Below, piece after piece: positions 20,522 through 30,383 of a stretch of 64,000 nucleotides of DNA. The position numbers were made by a program, and so were the translations under genes. The notes beneath the pieces were generated by a model. The model had not been told where the DNA came from and ran no database searches. It worked only from the letters and a program-made list of their open reading frames with translations. This DNA is from Terriglobia bacterium (GTDB lineage Bacteria > Acidobacteriota > Terriglobia > Acidiferrales > UBA7541). The stretch is from NCBI GenBank assembly GCA_963695545.1, contig OY968796.1:2688001-2752000 (forward strand), read 5' to 3'. The number at the start of each line of letters is the position of its first letter. Within the stretch, counting starts at the first letter, position 1.

Positions 20522-21151
20522 ATGACGACGCCGCAAAAAACAAGTGTGCTGGTGGTTGACGATCATCCGATCATGCGCCTGGGCGTGGCGGCAATCATCA
20601 ACGCGCAACACGATATGAAGGTGTGCGCGCATGTGGGCACGGGCGAAGAGGCGGTGGAGAGTTTCAAGAAGCTGCGCCCCGATATCACGCTGATGGATTT
20701 GCGCTTGCCGAAGATGAGCGGGCTTGAGGCGCTGCGCGCGATCCGGCGAATTGACGCGCATGCCCGGAGCATCGTGCTTACAACGTATGAAGGCGACGAA
20801 GACATTCATCAGGCGATTGCGGCCGGGGCGCTCGGATACATCATCAAGGGAATGTCGCACGAGACGCTGGTGAACGCGCTGCGCAAGGTGCGTTCTGGGA
20901 TGCGATTTCTGCCGCCGCCGGTGGTGCGCAGCTTGGCCGACCGCACGCCGAATTCGGATCTGAGCCCGCGGGAACGGGAAGTACTCTCGCTGATCGTGCA
21001 CGGCAGGACCAACAAGGAAATTGCCAGCGCGCTGGGGATCACCGAGGCCACGGTGAAGTGCCACGTGAGCGTGATCCTTCTGCAGTTGGGCGTGACGGAC
21101 CGAACGCAGGCGGCCATGGAGGCCCTGCATCGGGGCCTAGAGCACCTTTAG
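20522..21151 (+). CDS. NarL/FixJ-family response regulator
   Basis: VLVVDDH, LMDLRLP, LSPREREVL...TNKEIA LuxR-type HTH; GGAG before ATG 20522. Confidence 0.95.
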   Translation: MTTPQKTSVLVVDDHPIMRLGVAAIINAQHDMKVCAHVGTGEEAVESFKKLRPDITLMDLRLPKMSGLEALRAIRRIDAHARSIVLTTYEGDEDIHQAIAAGALGYIIKGMSHETLVNALRKVRSGMRFLPPPVVRSLADRTPNSDLSPREREVLSLIVHGRTNKEIASALGITEATVKCHVSVILLQLGVTDRTQAAMEALHRGLEHL

Positions 21152-21181
21152 GCAGCAAATTAGAGCGTTTCGAGCTTGATT

Positions 21182-21226
21182 ATCCTACCTTAGTCGGATT
21201 TCCGTGAGGCATCGCTCGGGTAGAGT
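21182..21226 (+). promoter_or_regulatory. Dyad box 1 (TCCTAC-CTTA-GTCGGA) plus -10 TAGAGT
   Basis: 6-4-6 inverted repeat 21183-21198, 22 nt before TAGAGT; same architecture at 30023-30067 and 37307-37353. Confidence 0.7.
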
Positions 21227-21253
21227 TGGCGGCGACGCATGCCCTGACTCGAC

Positions 21254-23737
21254 ATGAAATCACTCCTGCGGATTTGCATTCCCCTCGTTTTGCTTCTTGC
21301 GATCGGGCCTGTAACAAGGCGCGGTGTGTTCGCGCAACCGGAATCGCCGGTGGCGTCGGCGCCGGCGGTGGTGATCGATGCTTCGAAAGCGGCTGCGCCG
21401 CCGCAGCCGTTGTGGTTCGCCGTGGGCGGACGGTCAGCCGGAGGCGAAACGCTTGGCGCGAACAGCCGGTATCTTCTGCGCGATGGGAAGCCGTGGTTTC
21501 CGGTGATGGGAGAATTTCAATTTTCGCGCTATCCCGAAAATGAATGGGAAGACGAAATACTGAAGATGAAGGCCGGAGGGATCCAGATCGTTTCGACGTA
21601 TGTTTTCTGGATTCACGTTGAAGAGATCGAGGGGCAATTCGATTGGACGGGGCAGCGGAGTCTGCGCCGATTTGTCGAGCTCTGCCGGAAACACGGAATG
21701 TATGTGTGGGTGCGCATCGGGCCGTGGGATCACGGCGAAGCGCGCAACGGAGGATTTCCGGACTGGCTGGTGAGCAACGGCCAGCCGACGCGACAGATCG
21801 ATCCCGTCTACCTTCGGCATGTGAGCCAGCTGTACGATCAGATCGGCGAACAGTTGCGCGGGCTGCTATGGAGGGACGGCGGGCCGGTGATCGGAGTGCA
21901 GCTCGAGAACGAATACCACGAGCGCGGTCCCGGCAAGGGCGCGGATTACATCATGGCGCTGCGGAAACTCGCGCTGCAGGCTGGATTAAACGTGCCGTTC
22001 TTTACGGTGACGGGATGGGACGATGCGGTGATTCCGCCGGACGACTTTCTTCCGGTCTTCGGGGGATACGAGGACGCGTTCTGGAGCCGAAGCATCGAAG
22101 AACTTCCTCCGAACTCAAATTATTTTTTTACGCCGATTCGGCGAGATGAGGATGTGGGCGACGATCTGCAGTCGAAGCACGCCGATATCGACGCGCTCGA
22201 TGCGCGTTATCCGTTCCTGACGGCGGAAATGGGCGGAGGGATGGAAACGTCGTATCACCGCCGGCCGCTGATTGCGGCGGACGATATTGCGGCGATGGAG
22301 GTGACGAAGCTCGGGTCGGGCGTTTCGCTTTACGGATACTACATGTTTCAGGGAGGAACGAATCCCGAGGGTAAACTGACAACTCTTGAGGAATCGCAGG
22401 CCACTGGATATCCAAACGACTTGCCGGTGAAGTCGTATGATTTTCAGGCGCCGCTGGGAGAGTTTGGTCAGTTGCACGATTCGTTTCGCGCGCTGAAGAT
22501 ATTCCATTTGTTCCTTGGCGATTTCGGAACGAGCCTCGCGCCGATGACGCCGTATTTCCCCGAGACAGTGCCCGCGAGTAAAGCTGACACCGCGACGCCG
22601 CGGGTTGCGGCGCGCATGCAGGGCGATCGCGGATTCATATTCATCAACAATTACCAGCGGCTTCATCCGCTGCCTGCGAGGGTGAATTTTCAAGTGAAGC
22701 TCGAAACGTCGTCGGGCGCGATCGAAATTCCGCGCGAGCCGGTGAACATTCCGAGTGGAGCGTATACGATTTGGCCCGTCAATCTCGATCTGGGGCCGGC
22801 GGTGCTTCGGTATGCAACCGCGCAACCACTTTGCCGGCTGCGCGAGCAGAACACATTCGTATTTTTCGCCTGGCCGGGCGTTGCACCCGAATTTGCGATC
22901 GAGGAGAAAGGCGGCAGCTCGATTAATGCTCCTCACGCGCAACTTGCGCGAAGCCAGGGAGCTGCGATTGTGTCTGGGATCGAGCCGGGGACTGGGAATG
23001 CGATCGAAATTCGGGATCGAACGGGCGAGGCCACTCGAATCATTGTTCTTTCGCGAGAGCAGGCTCTCGACGCGTGGAAAGTTTCTCTTGCGGGGCGTGA
23101 GCGGCTGATTCTATCGGTTGCAGATTTATTTTTCGATGGAGATCGCATGCATTTACGCGCAAGCGATCCCGCGCTGCTTGAGGCTGGATTTTTTCCGGCG
23201 TGGGCTCGGCCGCCCGCGGGATTCGTGGACGCTGGCCGTGATGGCGTTTTCGAGCGCTACGCGGTGTCGCCACGGCCGGCGTCGCTCGATGTTACGGCTT
23301 CGGTGCAGGAATCAGATCAGGGCGACGACGATCCGCCTCCGGCCAGGATCGGCCACGGAGTGGCGATGGCTCCAGACGAGGCAGAGTTTGACAACGCTCC
23401 GCGTTGGACGATTCGCGTTCCGGGCGCGGTGGCGCCGAACGACATGCTTTTGAGTGTCCAGTATGAAGGCGATATCGCACGGCTTTATGCGGGCGGAAAG
23501 CTCTTCACGGACAATTTTTACAACGGGTCCGCGTGGGAGATCGGACTTCAGCGATTTTCGGCACAGCAACTGGAGCAGGGGCTCGAGTTGCGTATCCTTC
23601 CGCTGCGCAAGGACACCCCGATCTATCTCCCCGCTGGGGCGCGCCCCACGTTTCCGGCGTCCGGAGAAATTGCGAAGCTGCTTAGCGTGCGCGTGATTCC
23701 GGAATACGAAGTGGTGAGGGATTTGGGACATGAATAG
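21254..23737 (+). CDS. Secreted GH35 beta-galactosidase
   Basis: Signal peptide; GEFQFSRYP, STYVFWIH, RIGPWDHGEARNGGFPDW, GVQLENEY, GYYMFQGGTNP, SYDFQAPLGE. Confidence 0.9.
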   Translation: MKSLLRICIPLVLLLAIGPVTRRGVFAQPESPVASAPAVVIDASKAAAPPQPLWFAVGGRSAGGETLGANSRYLLRDGKPWFPVMGEFQFSRYPENEWEDEILKMKAGGIQIVSTYVFWIHVEEIEGQFDWTGQRSLRRFVELCRKHGMYVWVRIGPWDHGEARNGGFPDWLVSNGQPTRQIDPVYLRHVSQLYDQIGEQLRGLLWRDGGPVIGVQLENEYHERGPGKGADYIMALRKLALQAGLNVPFFTVTGWDDAVIPPDDFLPVFGGYEDAFWSRSIEELPPNSNYFFTPIRRDEDVGDDLQSKHADIDALDARYPFLTAEMGGGMETSYHRRPLIAADDIAAMEVTKLGSGVSLYGYYMFQGGTNPEGKLTTLEESQATGYPNDLPVKSYDFQAPLGEFGQLHDSFRALKIFHLFLGDFGTSLAPMTPYFPETVPASKADTATPRVAARMQGDRGFIFINNYQRLHPLPARVNFQVKLETSSGAIEIPREPVNIPSGAYTIWPVNLDLGPAVLRYATAQPLCRLREQNTFVFFAWPGVAPEFAIEEKGGSSINAPHAQLARSQGAAIVSGIEPGTGNAIEIRDRTGEATRIIVLSREQALDAWKVSLAGRERLILSVADLFFDGDRMHLRASDPALLEAGFFPAWARPPAGFVDAGRDGVFERYAVSPRPASLDVTASVQESDQGDDDPPPARIGHGVAMAPDEAEFDNAPRWTIRVPGAVAPNDMLLSVQYEGDIARLYAGGKLFTDNFYNGSAWEIGLQRFSAQQLEQGLELRILPLRKDTPIYLPAGARPTFPASGEIAKLLSVRVIPEYEVVRDLGHE

Positions 23738-24785
23738 AGGCAGATGGCTGATGCACGTCATTTCGGCGGCGGTCCTCACGCTGTTTCTTGGCGCCGGCGC
23801 TCGGGCGCAAAGTTCCGAATACGCAGTCGGCGCCGACGTATCTTTCCTGAAAGCGGCGGAGGACGGCGGGAAAGTATTTAAGGATAACGGCCAGACCAAG
23901 CCCGCGCTCGAAATTCTGAAAGATCATGGATACAACTGGGTTCGACTGCGCGTGTTCAACGCGCCGAAGGAACTCCCCAACAATCTGCAGTACACCATCG
24001 CTCTTGCGCAGGAGGCAAAGGCGCTGGGCTTTCATATTCTCCTCGATTTTCATTATTCCGATACCTGGGCCGATCCGGGCAAGCAATTTATCCCCGTTGC
24101 TTGGCAGGGCATGACGCACGCGCAGCTCGTGCAAGCGGTGTTTGAGTACACGCGCGACACGATCACGTCAATGCGCACGGCGGGCGTGCTGCCGGACATG
24201 GTTCAGGTCGGCAATGAGATCACGAACGGGATGCTCTGGCCCGACGGCAAGCTCCCGGACAATTGGGACAATTTTGCGGACTTCATTCAAGCAGGCATTG
24301 CCGGCGTGCGCGCTGGCAGCGGCAACGGGCCGATGCCGCGAATCATGATTCACATCGACCGCGGCGGCGATATGATTCGCACCAAGCAATTCTTCGACAA
24401 GCTCAACTCCTACCACGTGCCCTACGACGTTATCGGGCAATCGTACTATCCCTGGTGGCAGGGCAGCCTGAACGATTTGCGCGCAAATTTGCTTTTTATG
24501 GCGCGCGAGTACAAAAAGCCGATCATCGTCGTGGAATCGGCGTATTCATCGGCTCCGGCGAACTATAAGAACAAGGCCGGACCGTTCCCGGAAACGCCCG
24601 ACGGGCAAGCGCAGTTTCTCGATGAGTTGAATCGCGTGGTACAAGAAACGCCGGATGGACTGGGCGCGGGCGTGTTGTGGTGGGAACCGGCCGTGGCTGG
24701 ATCGCTCGGTTCGCGCGGATTCTTCGACGCCGACGGCAACGCGCTTCCCGTGATTCGCGTCTTCGACAAATTCACGCTGCACTAA
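23730..24785 (+). CDS. GH53 arabinogalactan endo-1,4-beta-galactanase
   Basis: GADVS, NWVRLRVF, LDFHYSDTWADPGKQ, VQVGNEI, DVIGQSYYPWW, WWEPA; signal peptide. Confidence 0.93.
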   Translation: MNRGRWLMHVISAAVLTLFLGAGARAQSSEYAVGADVSFLKAAEDGGKVFKDNGQTKPALEILKDHGYNWVRLRVFNAPKELPNNLQYTIALAQEAKALGFHILLDFHYSDTWADPGKQFIPVAWQGMTHAQLVQAVFEYTRDTITSMRTAGVLPDMVQVGNEITNGMLWPDGKLPDNWDNFADFIQAGIAGVRAGSGNGPMPRIMIHIDRGGDMIRTKQFFDKLNSYHVPYDVIGQSYYPWWQGSLNDLRANLLFMAREYKKPIIVVESAYSSAPANYKNKAGPFPETPDGQAQFLDELNRVVQETPDGLGAGVLWWEPAVAGSLGSRGFFDADGNALPVIRVFDKFTLH

Positions 24786-24814
24786 ATCGAATGGGGGAGA
24801 TGGAGCGGGCGTCG

Positions 24815-26128
24815 CTATTGTGAGGAGTCTGGAGTAGTGGGAGCATCGGACGCATCGGGCGTTACGTCTTTATCTCCTTGCGGGTGTTTTTTCATCTCCA
24901 TGTAGATCTGTCTTACCTGATCCTTGGTTTCTTTGATCTCTTCAAATAATTTCAATTCCTTCGCCGCGTCATCGGGCATGTTGAGCCGCTTGTAGACCGT
25001 GCTCAGCCGGTAGTGGGCTTCGCCGTTCAGTGGATCGGCCGCAACCGCCATGCGCAAGTATTTCAGCGCGTCCTCTGGCTTGCCGAGGAGCATTAGCACG
25101 TGGCCAAGGCCGAGTTGCGCGTCCACGCTCGCTGGATTCATTGCGAACGCGCGCTGGTAATGCGTGTAGGCGCCCGGCGTATCCGATTGAATCAAGGCGA
25201 TGGCGCCCAACTCGGATTCGATGTTGGCGTTGTCTCCTTCGGTCTGAATAGCGTCTTCGAGTTCCTTTTGCGCCTCGGCCTGCGCGTCCGGTTTCGACGG
25301 CGCGGATTCAAGGATCGCTTCGGCCAATTCGTAGCGCACTCCAGGCATGTGCGGATCCAATTCGAGGCATTTTCTGTAATGCTCGATCGCGCCATCGGCG
25401 TCGCCCTCGTTCACCAGGTGCTCGGCGATCACTTGCTGCATGCGCGCCGATCCCGGGGCAACGATCGTCAACTTATTGAGCGTATCGTCGGCCATGTCGG
25501 CGTACACGAGCTGCGCGAAGTACAGGATGTCCACGTTGTCGGGATCGGCGGCGAGCAGCGATTGCACCATGCTCACAGTATGATCGAGGTCGCCCTGCTG
25601 GTAGTACAACTCGGCAAGTTCCATGCCGACCTGCGTTCGCAGATGCTTCTCCGTAAGCTTCGGATAGACGCTTTCAAGCGTCGCCTTGCCCGAGCTGCGG
25701 CCCATGCGAATCTCGCAGATGCCCAGCATGGCCTTGGTCTTCACGAGCGATGGCTCAATAGCTAGCGCGCGCTGGAAATCCGGGGCCGCGCTCTGACAAT
25801 CTCCTTCGAGGAAGCGCACGGCGCCGCGATTGGTAAGGGCCGCCGCGTTCTTGGGATCGATAGCCAGCACGGCATCGAACTCCTGAAGCGCGGCGTTCGC
25901 ATCGTTTGCCTGCAAGTCCTGAGCCGCTTTGCGAAAGTGATCCTGAATCTCCGCAGCGTGCGAAGGGCCGGTCTGCGCGGCCGAGAGCGCGAGAGCGCTT
26001 CCGAGAAGCAAGAGGATCAGGGCGAGTGGCCCGGCGAAGAGACGTGCCATGCGTTTCGCGGCGGCAGCTAAAGAAACGTCGATATCAAATGCAGGTTCGT
26101 TACCGTTCGAAGAAATTTGTTTTTTCAT
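24815..26128 (-). CDS. Exported TPR-repeat protein; start possibly 26050
   Basis: Hydrophobic leader LALILLLLGSALALSAA; many TPR helical repeats (LAIDPKNAAA, LELDPHMPG, AADPLNGEAHYRL). Confidence 0.85.
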   Translation of the reverse strand: MKKQISSNGNEPAFDIDVSLAAAAKRMARLFAGPLALILLLLGSALALSAAQTGPSHAAEIQDHFRKAAQDLQANDANAALQEFDAVLAIDPKNAAALTNRGAVRFLEGDCQSAAPDFQRALAIEPSLVKTKAMLGICEIRMGRSSGKATLESVYPKLTEKHLRTQVGMELAELYYQQGDLDHTVSMVQSLLAADPDNVDILYFAQLVYADMADDTLNKLTIVAPGSARMQQVIAEHLVNEGDADGAIEHYRKCLELDPHMPGVRYELAEAILESAPSKPDAQAEAQKELEDAIQTEGDNANIESELGAIALIQSDTPGAYTHYQRAFAMNPASVDAQLGLGHVLMLLGKPEDALKYLRMAVAADPLNGEAHYRLSTVYKRLNMPDDAAKELKLFEEIKETKDQVRQIYMEMKKHPQGDKDVTPDASDAPTTPDSSQ

Positions 26129-26296
26129 GGGAGAGCGAGGCCTGCCGCTAGATTTCGTCGGGCGACTTGCAAGAACGATTCCGCCGTCTCTCGATCACGA
26201 CCTCACCATATCACAGCGTGCAAATCGGAGTGGGCAGAAATTCCGCGCGAGATCGCCACACAAGGCATCGCACAAAATATCCTGCTTTGCCGGCGC

Positions 26297-26345
26297 AAAA
26301 AAAACTGCGGGGTGCGGAAGGGAGGCTTTCTTCCGCACCCCGCAG
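26297..26345 (-). terminator. Strong rho-independent terminator after the TonB receptor
   Basis: Perfect 16-bp inverted repeat 26305-26320/26330-26345 followed on the minus strand by T8. Confidence 0.9.
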
Positions 26346-26376
26346 GCTTGGGGTGGTACGAACTCAATCCCGACGC

Positions 26377-29300
26377 TCAGAACGTGAAGTGAGCGCCGAT
26401 CTGGACGTCGCGTGGGCCGCCGGTGACGCCGGTGATTGTGCCAGCCGAGCAGTCGGCCAAGAAGAGACCGGCGTTAGGATGGCCCGCTGGACACGCTGAC
26501 GATCCAACGGCAACGTTGTCATCCGGGTTGCTAAAGTTCGGATGATTGAACACGTTTGTGATGTCAGCCCTGATTTGAAGGCTCATGCCCTCGCGCCAGT
26601 GAAGTGGGAAGTCCTTCGAGACGCTGAAGTCCACGTCGCTGAAGTGCGGCCCGATCAGCGTGTCGCGTCCGACATCCCCGAAGGTTCCAGGCGCTGGATT
26701 GGTGAACGCAGCGGGGTTGAACCACTGCGAGTGTAGGCCAAGGTTTGACGGACTCCCGATGTTCGGGTTGCCCACCACGTTGGCGAAAAGTGTGGACCCG
26801 GCGCCATTGTTGGGAACGCCGGCGTTTAGGGAGTCTTGGAGGCCCGGATCAATCGCATCCTGACCGCTGCCGATCGTTGCCGTCTCCGGAGTCCCGGTGT
26901 GCCACTGGAAGAGACTGGAGACGCGCCAGCCGCCGACGATCTCGTCCAGCACACCGTGAAGTACGAATTGCCGACCGCTGCCGAAGGGCACTTCCCAGAC
27001 GATTTGACCGGTCACGGTATCAGCCGCATTGAAGCTAGACAGGCCGTAGTTGGCGATTGGGCTGAATGCATTCTGATAGGTACCAATGTTCGACCCGTGC
27101 CCGCCGCCGGTGCCGGTATCGAGCGATTTGGACCAGGCATAATTGGCCAGGAAGCTGAAGCCGTACGATGCCCTCTTTTGCGCGCGTATTTGCAGGGCGT
27201 TGTAGTTCGACCATCCGTCGTAGTTCTCGGCCACAATGGACTCGTATTGCGGCACAGGGCCCACGCAGTTCTGGTTGACGTTCGTCATGATGCCCTTGAC
27301 GGGTTCGTTGATTACCGGGCAGCTTGTGCCCAACTCGTTGAGTGGGGCCTGATCGGTATCCGTTTGGAAGTTCTCGTGCGTTCCGCGGGTGTAGACGTAG
27401 CCAGCATCCACCATGACGCCACCCATGAACTGATGCTGAATATCCAGCAGCCATTCCGACACGTAGCTCGTCGGTTCGTACCGCGGGTAATCCTCGACAC
27501 CTTGGTAGTTGAGTACCCCAGGATTTAGGCTCGCAAGCGTCGCGATCTGGAACGTACCGGCGGGCGGTCCAACATCCAGCTTGAATGCTGGCGTGCCAGG
27601 AGTGGACTCCGTGGGCGCGGTTCCCTGTAAGTAGTCGCCCGAGAAAAATGCAGCAGTTGCGCCGTCGGTGTAATTCTCCGCATCGCGTGGCGCGATGAAG
27701 ACGCCGTAGCTCGCCCGGATGGCCCAGTTTTGGCCGGGGGACCAAGCGATACCGATCCGGGGCGCGAACTCCCTGTAGTCGGAATTTTGGATCTTATCCA
27801 AGTAGGGCGTTGTTCCCCCGGTTGCCGTGTCGCCAGACCCGCCAAGGAGAACTGCTCCCTGAGCGCCGAGCGAGCATGTAAGGGCGGTTTGGTTGCACGT
27901 GTACGCCGTGGGATTAGGCAGGTTCGGGTCGTACGTGCCGAACTCGTTGAAGGAGACACCCCAGCCGGACTGTATCTGCCAGCGGAGGCCGAGGTTGAGC
28001 GTCACGTGAGAGGAGACTTTGAAGTCGTCGCCCAGGAACACACCGGAGGTCCAGTTGTGCTCACTTTCCTGGGGATCGCTGGTTACGAACCATTGATCGA
28101 CATCGCCTAGGACGAAGTCGGCGTAAGAGTTTCCGGTAACGTTTCCATTGAATCCGAAGGCGCCGGATTCGGAAGCACCCCAGTTGTTGTAGTTCTGATA
28201 GAACTTGTCGAACTCGCCGCCGACCTTGATGGTGTGCCTGCCGCGAATGAGCGTGAGGATATCCGAAAACGTGTAGGTTCCCTGGCCGAGGATGGCATTG
28301 ATATTGCCATTGCCACCTGCACCGCCCGAACCGACGTTAGTGGAGCCCTGCACCCCCAAATTGATCGCGCCATTTCCCGAGCTCGGCTCGATAACAACTT
28401 CGGGAAACTGGTTGTAGGGAGCATTGGAGCCGTAGGCCGGCTCAAGGCCAAGCGTCGTCGGAGTGCCCTTGTTCCAGGAGTATGGAAGGTAGGCGTCGTA
28501 CTCGCGCTCCGCCCCCGCACGAAATTCGTTCAGCGCGGTCGGGCTGATCGTCCAGGTTTCCGTCAATTGCCCGGTCAGGTTGTAATTGTTCGCCGTTTCG
28601 AACCCCGACGCGAGGCTGGGGTAGAGAGGATCGGCGGGGATATCCGTCACGAAAGCGGGGTAATAGTTCAAGCTAAACGAGACCTTCTGTTTGCTCGAGA
28701 TGTTGTAATCGAGCTTGCCCTCGTACCACGTATTCGTATTTTTGTTAGAAGCGGTATAGAGAAAATTATCGTTCGCCGGACAGGTAGGTGAGCTGGGGCA
28801 TCCACTAATCCATCCCGCAGCGGTTGCTGGGGGGAAGTAGGTCTGAAGATTTTTGGCTACGGTGGAGAAGTCCGTCGTCGGAATCGAAGTGGTCGTGCAG
28901 CCCGTGCATCCTGCAGGAACAGTGGTGAGCGGCTGACCGGTGAAATTCCCGGCTTCCATGGCAGTGGTCGGATAACTATATTCAGTTGGCGTCCCTGGGC
29001 TGACCGAGGGGTTGTATTGGTAGGCGAAAAAGAAAAACAATTTGTTCTTTAGGATCGGCCCGCCGACGGTCCCGCCATACAAGTTATAGTGCGTTACGGA
29101 CTTGTGTCCCGGCGTAGCTCCGTAAGTGGCGGCATTGAACACGGTGTTTTGGTCGTAAAGAAAACCGCTGCCATGCCACTGGTTCGTTCCGCTCTTGGTG
29201 ACCGCGTTAAACGCACTGAGAGCGTTGCCATACTCCGGACCGGAATTGGCTGTATTCATGCTGATTTCGGCAATCGTGTCGACAGGTACGATATTGTTGC

Positions 29301-29937
29301 TGCCATTGAAATCTCTTGGAGAGGTCGCATTCGACCCGTCGATCGTAAAGCCCATGTTGTATCCCTGGGTGCCGTTGACTCCCGCTCCTTGGCCGTTGGC
29401 TGCGCCTGACCCGCCGCCGTTATTGATGCCCGGAGAGAGTTCAACCAGCGCGTTGCGCCAATCCGCGCCAATGATCGGCGAGGCTTGAACCGCCGCAGTA
29501 TTCAGGTCCACGTGTTGCTCGGTAGTTTCCGTCTCTACCAGCGGCGCGGCGCTTGTGACCACGACTTCCTGCGTGGCCGTGCCGACCTGCAGCGTGCCAT
29601 CAACTTCCAGCGTTTCGATTTCGAGCTTAATCCCCTGGCGGACGAGATCTCGAAACCCCTGCTTCGAGAACGTGACCGTATAGCTGCCCGGCGCGAGGAA
29701 TGGAACGTCGTACAGACCGTTAGCATTCGTTGCTGACGGCGTGACGACGCCCGTCGCCACGTTCTGAATGGAGACGGTAGCGTCCGGCACCACGGCGCCA
29801 GAGGAGTCCGTCACCGATCCTTTGAGTTCACCCGTGATGGATTGTTGTGCCCTTACCAAGGCAGGTGTCAACGCTACCGCCAACAGCAACAACAAACACG
29901 CGCGACCATAGCTTGCAAACTTCTTCTGACTCTGCAT
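26377..29937 (-). CDS. Oar-like TonB-dependent receptor with N-terminal carboxypeptidase-regulatory-like domain
   Basis: GGGAGG RBS before ATG 29937; signal peptide; GSVTDSSGAVVP, TKSGTNQWHGS, FAPRIGIAW, NVFNHPNF, C-terminal QIGAHFTF. Confidence 0.92.
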   Translation of the reverse strand: MQSQKKFASYGRACLLLLLAVALTPALVRAQQSITGELKGSVTDSSGAVVPDATVSIQNVATGVVTPSATNANGLYDVPFLAPGSYTVTFSKQGFRDLVRQGIKLEIETLEVDGTLQVGTATQEVVVTSAAPLVETETTEQHVDLNTAAVQASPIIGADWRNALVELSPGINNGGGSGAANGQGAGVNGTQGYNMGFTIDGSNATSPRDFNGSNNIVPVDTIAEISMNTANSGPEYGNALSAFNAVTKSGTNQWHGSGFLYDQNTVFNAATYGATPGHKSVTHYNLYGGTVGGPILKNKLFFFFAYQYNPSVSPGTPTEYSYPTTAMEAGNFTGQPLTTVPAGCTGCTTTSIPTTDFSTVAKNLQTYFPPATAAGWISGCPSSPTCPANDNFLYTASNKNTNTWYEGKLDYNISSKQKVSFSLNYYPAFVTDIPADPLYPSLASGFETANNYNLTGQLTETWTISPTALNEFRAGAEREYDAYLPYSWNKGTPTTLGLEPAYGSNAPYNQFPEVVIEPSSGNGAINLGVQGSTNVGSGGAGGNGNINAILGQGTYTFSDILTLIRGRHTIKVGGEFDKFYQNYNNWGASESGAFGFNGNVTGNSYADFVLGDVDQWFVTSDPQESEHNWTSGVFLGDDFKVSSHVTLNLGLRWQIQSGWGVSFNEFGTYDPNLPNPTAYTCNQTALTCSLGAQGAVLLGGSGDTATGGTTPYLDKIQNSDYREFAPRIGIAWSPGQNWAIRASYGVFIAPRDAENYTDGATAAFFSGDYLQGTAPTESTPGTPAFKLDVGPPAGTFQIATLASLNPGVLNYQGVEDYPRYEPTSYVSEWLLDIQHQFMGGVMVDAGYVYTRGTHENFQTDTDQAPLNELGTSCPVINEPVKGIMTNVNQNCVGPVPQYESIVAENYDGWSNYNALQIRAQKRASYGFSFLANYAWSKSLDTGTGGGHGSNIGTYQNAFSPIANYGLSSFNAADTVTGQIVWEVPFGSGRQFVLHGVLDEIVGGWRVSSLFQWHTGTPETATIGSGQDAIDPGLQDSLNAGVPNNGAGSTLFANVVGNPNIGSPSNLGLHSQWFNPAAFTNPAPGTFGDVGRDTLIGPHFSDVDFSVSKDFPLHWREGMSLQIRADITNVFNHPNFSNPDDNVAVGSSACPAGHPNAGLFLADCSAGTITGVTGGPRDVQIGAHFTF

Positions 29938-30022
29938 CGAGCCTCCCAAGCGCATGCCCATCAAGACCGCAAATTTAGGGTCGACAAGGATAGGACAGCG
30001 CACTTACCCCGAAACTCCGCGG

Positions 30023-30067
30023 ATACTAGTCCCGAACTGGGGCAGCATAAATCAGACAAAAGTAGGA
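30023..30067 (-). promoter_or_regulatory. Dyad box 1 (TCCTAC-TTTT-GTCTGA) plus -10 TAGTAT upstream of the TonB receptor
   Basis: Box at 30067-30052, 23 nt before TAGTAT (30028-30023) on the minus strand. Confidence 0.65.
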
Positions 30068-30383
30068 CTGGGCAAAGAAAAACAGTACTTTCGCATTATC
30101 GCCATTCCGCCGGGATTGCCGGCCTTTCTCACCGAAAAGCGCCCCGTGCTGACGCCAATATTCTGATCGACGCGTCGCGCGGGCTGACCGGGAAATCGCA
30201 GATTGCGGGCGGTTTAGCGATTCTTTCGCCTTTTGTTCGTTTCTTGTCGTCCCAACGGATGGCGATCGCCAAGATGGGGCGTTTTGGAGCCCGGCAGTTG
30301 CGCTTTCGCCTACCGTCTGACGTGCGACGCCGCCCCGGATGCGCTGGGACGCGGGAATACTGCGCGGGGCATTCCGGCTGCGG

